The notes under the pieces were generated by a model. That model searched no databases, was not told where the DNA came from, and saw only the letters and a list, made by a program, of their open reading frames with translations. From assembly GCA_951406725.2 (NCBI GenBank), contig OX597814.1, positions 198,896,001-198,960,000 of the forward strand: a DNA stretch of 64,000 nucleotides, in the 5' to 3' direction. Numbering within the stretch: position 1 is the stretch's first letter; each line of letters opens with the position of its first letter. This document shows positions 13,696-26,284 of the stretch, one piece after another. The DNA comes from Octopus vulgaris (Eukaryota). The position numbers and the translations under genes are program-made.

Positions 13696-14156
13696 ATACC
13701 TCTGTGTAGCCAATTGTCTGGACATATGACGGCACAATGCTATCATTATTTATTAACATAATACATATCCTGTCCAAATACAACTGACATAACTATCTAA
13801 TCAGCCTTAAGAGGCTTATAAACTCTTCCTTCTCTCTGATCCTTACACACTCTCAATGGCCATCAATCATACCGTTTCAGTCCTTTGTCGCCGCTGTACA
13901 AGTAGTCAATAACAAATTTTATGTTACTGGTTATTAATTTCTGATTATATTTCGTTTGCATCAGATCTTCTTGGATATCGATAAAAGTGATGCCTGGAGC
14001 AGATACCCTTTCTCGATTCCAATACCATCGATACGTTGCTATATATTAATTACAGCTGCTTTAATAAGTTTGCTGTTGTATAATCACATGTAACATCTGC
14101 TACATCTATGGCACGCACGTATCTGGTCGGATGACTAAGTGCTACCCACGTATGTA

Positions 14157-14722
14157 TTGGGTTGTCCGGAAAGTTCGTGCCGATTTTTAAAGGAAAGGAA
14201 AAGGTCAATAAATATTTGCCATTACGTTTTTAATCAACCAAATATGAACCATTTTGTTGCACAATACATCTCCATCTTTCCTTTAACTTGAAAATACCTT
14301 CTTCCCAGAATTGAGGTGGTTTCATGGAAAATAATTCGTCAAGGTATCTTTTTACGTCATCCAAGGAATTGAAATTTTTACCACCAAGATAATTCTTCAG
14401 AGACCTGAATAAGTGGAAATCCGAAGGAGCAATATCTGGTGAACATGGAGGGTGGGGTAACACATCCCAGCCGAGCTGCAGCAATTTTTATCTGGTTCCC
14501 AAATCATCAAGTGCCGAAAATAAACTTTCTTATCTTTCATTTTAAAAGGTTACAGAATTAACACAGGTTATAGGAACATAAACCCTCTTCCACGAAAAGA
14601 TAGCTTAAACTGTGCTCTAAATGGAGGTGTAGTCAATTCCTATTTTATGGACTCAACCATGTTCTAAAATAAGTCGAAAGGTAAGCTACTATCAATCGGC
14701 ACGAACTTTCCGGACAACCAAA
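14157..14722 (-). mobile_element. Internally deleted mariner element (566 bp)
   Basis: 29-bp TIRs ttgggttgtccggaaagttcgtgccgatt (1 mismatch) and TA flanks. ORF 14230-14484 LGWDVLPHPPCSPDIAPSDFHLF is the mariner YSPDLAPSD region. Confidence 0.92.
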
Positions 14723-15209
14723 TAGTTTACCAGATGTAGCATATCTCATCTTAACTAAGACCTATAACCAATACTGCATGCTCTGACATGCAGTGGTGAC
14801 TCATACTACGCACAATGTAGCAGTGTAACAGTTTTAACATTTTCTAAACACTCCCGTTCATTCTGTCCCTCTACACCTCTTATGCTACTGTTAATATTAT
14901 CTCCATGTCTGAAATGACCAACCATACATATACTTCTGATGAAAAGAGTTTAATCAAAGATCATTGTATCTATTGGTCATACAGTCTGTATGTAATAGAT
15001 TTATCAGACCTGTTTAACTTTTCATACTAACGTGTGATTTGGGAACGGTCTGATTTGGTTTCGCTATTATATTTAGCAGATCAAATACCTATGTACAATT
15101 CGTTCGCCAGTAATTTCTCATGGCTTCGGTAGAAAGGTCAAAAATACGCCAGTTGCTTTTCTTTACTCCTATCATTGCTATTGTGCGACGCTGTTTCGGG
15201 TTAGTGCGT

Positions 15210-15410
15210 GTGTTGGGGCTGGCCAGATTGGAGCAATCTCGAGTATGACCAGCCGAAATTGCAAAGATAATCTGGAACTCGACTGAGGAAAGAAAACTCT
15301 GAATGACCCGTCCTTGTTTTCTTTGTATCGTCTAGCTTAATGTTTTGTTGTCCCTTTTTCGTATCACGCAACTGCTTGGATGTCTTGCGTTCTTGTCCCA
15401 TTTTGTTTTA
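15210..15410 (+). repeat. Dispersed repeat ending at (TA)n, possibly Penelope-derived
   Basis: Second copy at ~48090-48367. ggctg...cagccgaaa hairpin. Confidence 0.65.
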
Positions 15411-15644
15411 TATATACATATATATAAAATCACATATTGTAAAAGAATAAGGATTTGGAAATCAAGACGGGTACCTTATTGATACACTCACTGATATAAT
15501 ACAGACCTGGCTAATCACATTGAATGTTACGAAACAGAATTGTTTCAGTTAAACAATTGCATTTCTTAATTCGATAGGTGAAGTGTGTTCTATTCGTTGG
15601 ATTTGATACAACACATGCAGAGTATATAATTAAGACACCTTATA

Positions 15645-15687
<43 letters not shown>

Positions 15688-16746
15688 GTGCGTATCTGTA
15701 TGCATACGTGCGTGCAAATACACACACACATGTGTGTATTTAAATGCATAACTGTAAGCAACAAAGCACATACACACACAATATTGTTAGTATGAAAATA
15801 GAAACAATATTGTTGATATATTTAAGATTAAAGCGGTATTGTTTTCTGATCATTAAACAGGATGATAATAAATACAGAAACAGGTGTTAAACAGTTTAAA
15901 TCTCATTCTTTTACATTGCAATTATTGTTGTATTCTCTGGAGATCTGTTGGAAAGCGAACGTTCACGCTTTTGTATACTACTCGGAAGTATGAAATGAAA
16001 GTCATTTCTTTAAACAGCTTTACAAGATAATCCTGGATTAGAAAACATAGTGTAATAAAAAAAGAAACAAACAATCTTGAACTTTTAATCCCTTCGTCTA
16101 AATGGAATATTATTAACAGTTTCCGTTACGATTTGGTATGGAAGGTCCTATTAATTCTTCCAGAGTATTAACCACACTATATTAATTGCGGTAATCTGCG
16201 ATTATATTAATAAATGGATGTTTTCAAAAGGATTTGTGTAGAGTGTTTGCTGATATAATGGTGTAAATCATCTTCAAAATCGGGTTCTCGGTTATCTCGT
16301 GGATTTATGATTCACAAATAATAATTTTTTTTTTTTTTAGCCAAGAACAATTTTTCTTTTGAAAATCAAGAATCCTACAACTACTTTCACTGGTTTTAGC
16401 TTGAAGATGTGGCCATGCTGGGGCACCGCCATTAATGTGTCTGCTAGTTTATTTCTGTCTCACTTCCTCGGTCTTCTCTGTGGTTTTGTTTCTGGTTTTG
16501 GCGTTGCCTTTATTGCCGTAATTTAGATTCATCTGGTACCTCCCTCTTCTACCCAATTTTTTCTTACTTCTCCCTTGATTGGCAAACTCTATAAAAAGGC
16601 CAAGAAATCTATCTTTAAACCACTGTTTGATAAATATGATAACGGAAAAAAGCACTAAAATGTAAATAGATAAAAAAATATATATCATCATCCAACATTC
16701 TGACTACCTTATTTTCTGTCTCTCTCTGTCTGTCTCTCTCTCTCTG

Positions 16747-16802
<56 letters not shown>

Positions 16803-16804
<2 letters not shown>

Positions 16805-17011
16805 GTAATCCCACGCCATATCGCGGTTTATTATTTAAGCTTACGCCGATTGTTCCGTGGTGCTGTTTTGCATTTATAATAAAATAAATATATACAAATT
16901 ACAAAAATAATAAAAACAAATATACAGTTCAGTACTGTTTCTACTTCGCGGATTTTTACTTATCGTGGTGTGTTTTGGAACGTAACAACCACGATAGTCG
17001 AGGTATTACTG
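16803..17011. mobile_element. pogo/Tigger-like MITE
   Basis: Imperfect TIRs cagtaatcccacgccatatcgcggtt / cagtaatacctcgactatcgtggtt. TA at the right flank. Confidence 0.7.
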
Positions 17012-17092
17012 TATATATATTTGCAAATAACTCGGTTATTGCGAGTGGCATGGTGTAATAGCAAGTTCCTTGTGAAGTATACCAGAAGTGTT

Positions 17093-17493
17093 AAGGCCTG
17101 TGCTTTATGGCCAGGACATTCAGCTCACGACTAAGATCATGAATCCTATTCCTGACAACACATTTTGTCCTTGAGCAAGAGACTATTTTTCACGTTGCTC
17201 AAGTCCACCCAGCCGACAAAAAGGTAATCACGAGCCTGCATTGATTACATAAACGCTGTTAATTCAATCTCGCACGATTGGTTAAAAAAATACTGCAAGT
17301 CCATATAATCATGACATCAAAGTGAACTTCTTTAAATGAGGTTTAGAAAAGGGTACGAGTTGTACCTGTGTACCTGTGATTCACATTGTATATATCACGC
17401 TGGATCTGCTTGAGAAGTGCGTCATGGATACGCATGTCTGTGGACGTTTATTTCACGAGCAAATCATTCCGTCGAACACTCGTCATCGTAATT
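17093..17493 (+). mobile_element. Old CORE-like SINE with tail 1, carrying a ~117-bp foreign insert
   Basis: tgtccttgagcaagagacta block and tail-1 remnants. Insert 17232-17348 duplicates 12155-12272. Confidence 0.6.
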
Positions 17494-18059
17494 ACATATC
17501 AGGTTTCTTTAGTATGAAGCTCTAATCTCGCTATATGTTTGTCTGTATATCTGTCTGTCTCCGTATTTAGCTTGCGTGTTCATTAGCTTGCTTTCTCTTA
17601 AAAGGTAAACGTGCAGAACAAATGAGTAGAAATGTAGAAGAGCTAGTTAGTCAAATTGTTTTCTGTACACATGCACATATGTAGGAAAGATAAGACCCTC
17701 TTCTATAATACAACCACGCTTATTGTGCGTTTAAACAATTATTTCTTAAACATGGTAATAAAGTCGAATTTGGAAGTTATTCTGAAGCTCAATATATGAT
17801 TAATATATTCATATATGGTCTTCCAAAATTCCATACGGTAATCTTTCTTCGTACTTTAGAGGACATTCCAGTATTGGGAGAAATAATATACAAGACTACA
17901 TACTTCACTCATAAGCAAATAGATACGTGCCAGAGAGTAGACATGGATTTTATTTGTAATGCAGAAGAAAGACATAAATAAAACAGTACAAGTAGGATTT
18001 TTACCGTGGTCATATATACAATATATATAGACAGACCCGTATGTCCGTTCGTCCGTCTG

Positions 18060-18243
18060 TCTATCTGTGTGTGTGTCTGTCTGTGTGTGTGTCTGTCTGT
18101 GTGTGTGTGTGTGTGTGTGTGTCTGTGTGTGTGTGTCTGTCTGTGTGTGTGTGCGTCTGTGTCTGCCTGTGTGTCTGTCTGTCTATCTCTATCTATATGT
18201 ATCATCTATCTATATCCATCTATCTACACACACATCCATACAC

Positions 18244-18294
<51 letters not shown>

Positions 18295-18366
18295 AATATA
18301 TGATATGCATATATATATATATATATATATGATATACATACACACTCGCACACATATATGTATGCA

Positions 18367-18402
<36 letters not shown>
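18060..18402. repeat. (TG/TCTG)n, (CA)n, (TA)n microsatellite cluster
   Basis: Read directly from sequence. Confidence 0.95.
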
Positions 18403-18405
<3 letters not shown>

Positions 18406-18854
18406 AAGTAGACGTTGTTTGGTCTTTATTATGTACTATGAGAAGTTTTACCCGCTGTATAGTAATATTTTTCATTTTAATGCTCTAATAAATCTTTCTG
18501 CACCGTATTCACTGCTTTATTATTACAAAACCGAAATAATGGCATTACTAGATTTTCACTCAGCAGTTTAATAGCACGACGTTTCCAACTACGATTATGT
18601 TACAGGTAATAAAGCTGAAGTTATTCATATTTGATTGAACTACCTGTTGCCAATAATGACAGAATGTAGTCAGCAGAATGGACGGCCAACAGAGACAAGC
18701 AACAGATTAGGAATTGATAAAACGCTAGGTTTCAAATCTCAGGACTTGCCGGCGGGAATAGCAACGGCAGTTTGTCGGTTATACAAATTTATATGAACAA
18801 ATATACATCCACACGTATCTACACTCACATACACATACCTAGACACACACATAT

Positions 18855-19193
<339 letters not shown>

Positions 19194-19224
19194 TCGTGGC
19201 TATCTGGTATATATGCTATATATA

Positions 19225-19369
19225 TGACGTGGCTATCTGGTAAGAAGTTTGCTTCACAACCACAGGGTTCTAGGTTCAGTACCACTGAATTGTCTTCTAT
19301 TGTAGCCTTGGGCCGACCAAAGCGTTGTCAGCTGCCTTTGTAGATGGAAAATGATATATACACATATGT

Positions 19370-19412
<43 letters not shown>

Positions 19413-19655
19413 AGTCCCCGACAAATAGTTGACAGTGTTGGTATGTTTACGTTACTGTAAATTAGCGGTTCGGCAAAATACCGATAAAACAATTATCGGG
19501 ATTTAACTGTTCTATGAATGTGTCACAACCCGAGGTTGAATGTGACTCGGAGTTAACGGTTTGACATTTTCATCGCAACTCTATTGGGGTCGTTCGAATA
19601 AGTCTCTTCAAGGCGGTGCGTCAACATGGGCGCAGACTAATGATGCGCAAAAACA
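19225..19655 (+). mobile_element. Diverged SINE A
   Basis: gtggctatctggtaagaagtttgc...tagccttgggccgaccaaagc...ttagcggttcggcaaaa...aaggcggtgc. Confidence 0.7.
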
Positions 19656-19694
19656 TAAGAGATCAATGATATACATACTTATATACATACATAC

Positions 19695-20030
19695 ATTTCC
19701 AGATTGCAAGTTCTGGTTTATATCTGTAATTATTGGAACCCTGGGATATGTAACAATGCTTAAATACCAATCTTGAGAAATAAAGGTTCTCAAAACCAGA
19801 AAAGAGAAGGCTATTTCAAAGAGTACAGATCCAATCCATCACTGGAACTGTAAAAGTCTGTAAAACTTTGCATTGTTTATCTTGATACGAGATCACTATG
19901 TCGTGCACATATGGTTGCGATGCATGTGCCTAGTGTACTCTTATCAGACGGATAGTCATGATGGGTATATTGGGCTTCGTACATTTCATCTCAGTATCAC
20001 TTAGACGGCATGCACTGCTTTCCCACTTAA
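19695..20030 (+). mobile_element. R4/Dong-like LINE 3' end (ORF C-terminus joined to the last ~155 bp of the 3' UTR), (TAA)n tail
   Basis: FPDCKFWFISVIIGTLGYV...IQSITGTVKVCKT. The 3' segment matches 27770-27926. Confidence 0.6.
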
Positions 20031-20049
20031 TAATAATAATAATAATAAT

Positions 20050-20580
20050 AACAGAAATCCTGGAGAACGGAATTGACAGCAGAGGAGCAAGTACTAAGGG
20101 AAATGAAATACAAGAGGGACAGTGTGTCACCACTGATATTCGTGCTGGGAGAGATCCCCATTAGTGAAATTCTACAGAAAACAAAGTTGCAGTATGATCT
20201 GGGGAAATGTAAGGGAAAACTAAACTATTTGCTAGACATGGACGACTTGAAGCTATTCGCAAAAACTGAGGCAGAACTGGATAGCGTAGTCCAGTGATGT
20301 TAAGATGGAGTTTGGATTCTCAAAATGTACTCCGACGGTGATGAGACGAGGATAGCTTTTCAGAACAGAAGGTATATGTGTGTGTCAAGTGGTGGAATTA
20401 TAAAGGCAATTCAACCTCAGTCCAGATATAAATACCTAAGAATACTTGAAGCAGATAGAATCAAACACCACGACATGAAGGAAAAGACAGAAAGTGAGTT
20501 CCTGCAGCGAGTGAGAAAAATATTGACTTCAAAGCTGAATGTCAGAAACATAATTTCGGCAATAAACTCAGCAATAAACA
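20050..20580 (+). mobile_element. R4/Dong-like LINE RT fragment
   Basis: DSVSPLIFVL...LNYLLDMDDLKLFAK...YKYLRILE...RVRKILTSKLNVRNIISAINS. Frameshifted. Confidence 0.8.
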
Positions 20581-20641
20581 AGAAATGGAAACAAAACCGA
20601 TGGATGATAATCAAAATAATAGTAATGATAATAATAATAAG

Positions 20642-20778
20642 AAGAATCCTTTCTACTGGAAGCACAAGGCCTCAGATTTGTGGGGAGGGGACAGGTCGAT
20701 TACATCGACACCAGTGTTTCACTGGTACTTCATTTGTCGACCTAGAAAGGATAATAGTGAAAGTCGAGCTCAGTGGAA
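20642..20778 (-). mobile_element. Old SINE B-related 3' fragment
   Basis: gtcgattacatcgac...ctggtactt...gaaaggat...aaagtcga. Confidence 0.65.
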
Positions 20779-20802
20779 TAACTAATAATGATAATAATAA
20801 TG

Positions 20803-21216
20803 ATTTCATTTAGTTGCCACAAGGGCTAAGGATGAAGAGGACAATAAAGAGACAGACATAAAGTGTGGAGGTTTATACATAATAATGAAATGATAAATAT
20901 ATAAAAAAAGTAAGTATACACGGTTGCACTGAAAAAGAAAGGATATATGCATAGCATACAAAGGTAAAAAAAAAAACGGCGAGTAGGATGATAAAGATGT
21001 GACCCTCCTGATACAGGAAGTCCTCTAGGAATAATCGAGGAACCCCACTGTCCCAGATTTCCCTGAAACACTAGGAACAGGCGCCCTCTCCAAATCCGTC
21101 TCTCCCACTCACAGGTCTACACTTACAGAAGTACCACCCACTCTTGCCATTTTCGCAACTTTCACTCACCTTCCAGTAAACTCACTCGAGGACAGCACTT
21201 CCCTCTCCACTCTCAA
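20803..21216 (-). mobile_element. Tx1/L1-like LINE 3' end in (TAA)n
   Basis: Homologous to 27958-28360. ORF end LRVEREVLSSSEFTGR*VKVAKMAR plus 3' UTR. Confidence 0.7.
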
Positions 21217-21780
21217 TAATAATAATAATAATAATAATAATACCAGTAATACAGTTAATACTGTCAATAATCCGTTCTTATAGGGGTACAATGCCTGCTA
21301 TTTTCAGGAAGTCGGTAAGATGATTGGGTCGACCCCTAGTGGTTGAGTGGTACTTATTTTATCAACGCCGAAGGATGAAAAGCAAGGTTGACCTCGGCGG
21401 AATCCGAACTCAGAACGTAAAGATAGATGACATGTCGTCGTGACGATTATTCCAGCTCATCACTTAATCAAAATAACCAAATCATCAACAACGAAACAGG
21501 AGGAGGAGAAAAATGAGAAAAAAGAAAAAGAAAAGATGATGATAAAGAAAAAGGATGCAGTATCAGTTTGACCATGATCTACTCTTTCGACCACCAATAA
21601 ATCCATCCGACAAGATTCCATGCAGTTTCCGTCTTGTGCGAGTGTTTCACTCATAAATTACAGGTCAACTCGGGGCTACAGATGATGAAATTATATTGCG
21701 CAATAATATCGAACACCGGACCACACGGCTTCCAAGCTACCATCTTATCTATTCGGTCATTCTACGCCTTCGTGTGTGTG

Positions 21781-21823
<43 letters not shown>

Positions 21824-22577
21824 ACGAACATTTTCATTGAAATGATATTCATCCATCTGGAGATTGTTCTCTATGGCATGAAACGTAATGTGTTGAACGA
21901 GGTGAGTGCAATTGCAAATTCTAAGCAGTAAACTTCTGTCTGACCTCTTCCTTGGCAATTAGTTATCAAACTCTTCCAAGCGAACGTAATAGACTGGTCA
22001 GGCTAGTATATTGTTTATGCATCACTGATGAGTGTACGCTTTCAGAAAACCTCGTATTTCATGCTCCAAGAACAAAAGTTTACATTAATATTTTATGTGT
22101 GTACTTTTTGTACATGTATATATCTAATAAATATAGCTTACATGTGTATCGAGGAGATGTACATGGAAATAGCATTTGCCGAAAGATCGAGATAAAAATG
22201 AACGGACGCAAGGACGAGTAAATGTTTTCGAGTTTGTAACACCACAAAAAGAGTATAGTCATATGTGTATGTGTAAAGAGGTTCATTTACCCATAAGTAT
22301 TACATACAGGATCGAGCAGCGTATATGTATACATACATACATACATACACATATATTTCGTAATGAGATAAAAAGCCAAGGCTGAGTAGATTTTAGGACA
22401 TTTATAGATAGGTTTTACATACTATAGTATGTATTATGTTTAGATATATACGTGCAGAATATAAACATTCACACATGCATATGTGTATGTATGTATATAT
22501 TATATATATGTGTGTGTGCGTGTTTATCGATACATGTATGTATTGTGCATACATGATTGTACGTATATATATATCTC

Positions 22578-22832
22578 CGTGATCATCGTGAGCGACCAGA
22601 CTATCAGATGTTGCTACACATTGCTGGTCACAATGCGCTTCGCATTGTTTTAGCCTTAAAATGACGCCACCTCGCTGGCTAAGCGAGCAGGCCAACAGGA
22701 GAAAGAGTGAGAGAAAGTTGTGGCGAAAGAGTACAGCAGGGTTCGTCACCACCCCTGCCGGAGCCTCATGGAGCTTTTAGGATCCTACGACGCGAGTCCG
22801 CTGCCCTAACCACTGGGCCATTGCGTCTCCAC
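22578..22832 (-). mobile_element. SINE C with tail 2, internally deleted
   Basis: Matches 60288-60583. Confidence 0.85.
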
Positions 22833-22865
22833 ACGTATATATTAATACTCTATATTAATTGTTAC

Positions 22866-22925
<60 letters not shown>

Positions 22926-23537
22926 GTATATATTTATTCAGTTGTCTGGGGAGCTTCATTCTGTTTTCGTACCTTATAATTTAACACACACACCGGTAAA
23001 ATTTCCACTCATTTATTTATTTATTTTTCTAAAATTTTCGTTGCGCCCTGCAGCCTCTTCAATTGTTGACTCTGTTCGTTATTCAAGCTGCGCTCTTTTC
23101 GTTTGTTTGTGCGCATGTGTGTGGGGCAGTGTGTGTTCGCGCATACATATGTATGTATGAATGTATGTAAGTGTTTGTATGCATGCATGTATATGTATAT
23201 GTGTTCGTTTGTATGTATATATTCTGTATATTCGTGTTTGTGTGTTTTTGTGTGTGTGACTTTGTGTGTGTGTGTGTGTGTGTATACCTCTGTCTCCTTG
23301 TGTCTGTGCATGTCTGAATGTGTCTGTATATGTGTGTATTGGTTTTTGTGACTATGTACTGTGTCTGTGTGTATGGATATGTATCTCCATATGCGTGGAC
23401 ATGTATCCACATGTGCCCTTGTGTGAAGTGTGTGTGTGTATGGTCGATTTTTTTCAGGCTTCATTTGTGTGTGTGTTTGTCTGTTCATATAGCCTATGAA
23501 CCTATCCGTCTGTATATGCATAATTATATATAACATA

Positions 23538-23588
<51 letters not shown>

Positions 23589-23789
23589 ATTATTTCTTCT
23601 ACTACTACTACTATAAATATATGTAGTATTGTATGCATGTGTGTGTATGTATATATATATATGTATGTATATATATATATATATATATATATAAAGGGAA
23701 AGATTACGAAAATAAACAAAATAGAAGGCAGGTGGAGTAGGAGTACAAACAAACAAATGTATTAGTATAGCGCTCAGGAATAGAAAATG

Positions 23790-23827
23790 TCTTTTACGTT
23801 TCGAGCCTACGCTCTTCGACAGAAAGA
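23790..23827 (-). ncRNA. Minimal hammerhead-like variant in a TA-flanked segment (23692-23899)
   Basis: tcttt-CTGTCGA-a-gagc(gtag)gctc-GAAA-cg-TA-aaaga. All stems pair; A6 replaced by U. Confidence 0.55.
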
Positions 23828-23898
23828 TACACAGAAAAAAAACAAGTAGAGAAACAAGGAGAAAAAAATGCGTGTAGGAGCTAACGATCTATCATGGC

Positions 23899-23950
<52 letters not shown>

Positions 23951-24879
23951 TTGTACCTAATATAGGATAAAATTTTTTCGAAAAAAATTTTATCAATGGC
24001 TAGCATATTAAAAAATACCTTTAAAGGTTAAATTTATAATCAACTGTGATAAATTATATGGTTATGGACGATGTGTCTAGTTTCGACATATTTGGCATTA
24101 AAATTTTTTTTCTTTTGCCCTTGTTTATAAGTTGTATATATACTTGTATGTATAATTTTGTTTTGACTTTCTATAATATATACATAAATATATCGATGCA
24201 AAAGGCAGCTATAATTTGGTTTAATTTTCTAATACTGAAGCAAATACCATTTAAATGAACTGGCATTTCTTTGGACTTATAAAGTCATTAAATTTGCATA
24301 TTCTTTAAAGCGAGTTAAGATCATTCCTATATGGTGCCTATTATAGCATGCATCTAGAACCTAGAATAGTATTTTGACATATCACTTCGCTTTCACATCC
24401 TCCAGCAATGACCTTCATAATATTTCGAAACATTACTGCTGATATATAGCAGAACGTTCAAGAATTAATTAATATTTATATGCAATCCAATATCGTATTG
24501 ATTGCAATTTATGTGATTCCTCATCCAAATCTACGTGAAACTTTGTTTTCGCTAGATGAAATTTTGCATAAATGAAGAATCCAATAATCTTTGTAATGTG
24601 TCCCCCAGTCCTAGATTAATTCAACTCCCATGACTTTGGTATTTGCTCAGCATCAATACATAATCATCTCATATTATCACTGTTTATCGGGTTTTAATGA
24701 AATTGTAACTGAAGCAACACAACACATGCAGATGAATAGACAAGTTCGAGATAGCTTCAGTAACAATAAGATGAATTAAGGAAACCCCACTCCGTTAATA
24801 TTAACTATAAATCTGAAATTTAATCTTTTATCATCTCCTTCTTCACTCAGTGAATGTTTCAGGAGTTTGTGTGTTTAGT

Positions 24880-25160
24880 AAATATATTGAGCAACGAAAA
24901 GTGAGAACTGAAATATTTCGTGTACATAATTAGAAAACTGGTTAATGGAAACTTTTATAGAAACCAAAATAAGAGGGAAAATAGGAAGAGCAAAACTGAC
25001 AATGAAGTTGATGAATAAAATCATGAATCGGACGGACTTAGAACAGGACGAATACATATGAACATAGCACAAGAGATGGTGATCCATGGTATTCTGAGAA
25101 GAGAAGATACCTCATGATGATGATGACGACAACGACGATGATGATGACGACGATGATTAT
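24880..25160 (+). mobile_element. Degenerate RTE-like LINE 3' end with (TGA)n tail
   Basis: IETKIRGKIGRAKLTMKLMNKIMNRTDL (cf. EGKIEGKRGRGRP..WMDNI) followed by tgatgatga. Confidence 0.45.
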
Positions 25161-25249
25161 GAGGATGTATAATTTCGATGTTGGTTGGAAAAGCTTTTCC
25201 GAGGGATTGCATTTGATAATTTTCTTCTCTAATTAGAATTTTCATATTT

Positions 25250-25660
25250 TGCCAAGCCAAACTTTCTGAGCCTTCTTTGCTCGGACAATATCCTTATGCA
25301 ACCGAAAAATCTCTACTCCATCTCTCCTCCATTTCGACGTCCTCAGTTTGTTCAGGAATCTATTCTGAATTTGGATGCAATAAAATCGGCATATTCATTT
25401 CTAATCACATCATCCGTAAAACACACTTGGCCTAGAGTTTTGCGAGTCCTCCCTGTTGTAGATTGTGTCAGGTTGCAAGCAACTGGGCGACGATCAATTG
25501 GAAACTCAGCTCCTCTCTTTGCACAAACGATCAGCACAGAATCAAAGTGGTCTGAGACGATAACAAAATCTGTCAACAACCTGTATCACTTAGTAACCCA
25601 GTATCCTGTATATCTATGAATATTACTGATTTTTGTGCTCGGGTAATTGACACCAAGTCG
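25250..25660 (-). mobile_element. RTE-like LINE APE endonuclease remnant
   Basis: IHRYT...LTDFVIVSDHFDSVLIVCAKRGAEFPIDRRPVAC (cf. IDFVIVS...RGAE..TDHHLV). Confidence 0.55.
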
Positions 25661-25847
25661 AAATCTTTCAACGTGGGTCTTAACTGTGACCGACATGCGT
25701 ATTGTCAACTCTTTTCATAATTTTTATTAATTGGATTGACATATACAGTCGTTATGTAAGTGGTAGTATAATACGTGGGTGTATAATCGGTCGATTGTTA
25801 TATGCAGACAACATGGGGCAGCTTGGTTCATCAGAAGGTGGTCTCTA

Positions 25848-26284
25848 GTAGAAACGTTAGCACGCCAGGCGAAATGCTCAACGGTATTTCGTCTGTCGTT
25901 ACGTTCTGAGTTCAAAGTCCGCCGAGGTCGACTTTGCCTTTCATCCTTTCTTTATTACCCACAAGGGGTTAAACATAGAGGGGACAAACATGGACAGACA
26001 TAGGTATTATGTCGATTACATCGACCCCAGTGCGTAACTGGTACTTAATTTATCGACCCCGAAAGGATAAAAGGCAAAGTCGACCTCGGCGGAATTTGAA
26101 CTCACAACGTAACGGCAGACGAAGTACCGCAAAGCATTTCGCCCGGCGTGCTAACGTTTCTGCCAGATCACCGCCTTTAAATAAATACCAGTTACGCACT
26201 GGGGTCGATGTAATCGACTTAATCCGTTTGTCTGTCTTTGTTTGTCCCCTCTATGTTTAGCCACTTGTGGTTAGTAAAGAAATA
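25848..26284 (+). mobile_element. SINE B (+) interrupted by an antisense SINE B (25951-26175, -)
   Basis: Plus copy breaks after gcctttcatcctttc and resumes at aataaataccagttacgcact. A complete reverse copy lies between. Confidence 0.88.

Noticed and set aside
22020-22065. CTGATGA...GAAA...TA hammerhead candidate
   Set aside because: Stems I and II do not pair.
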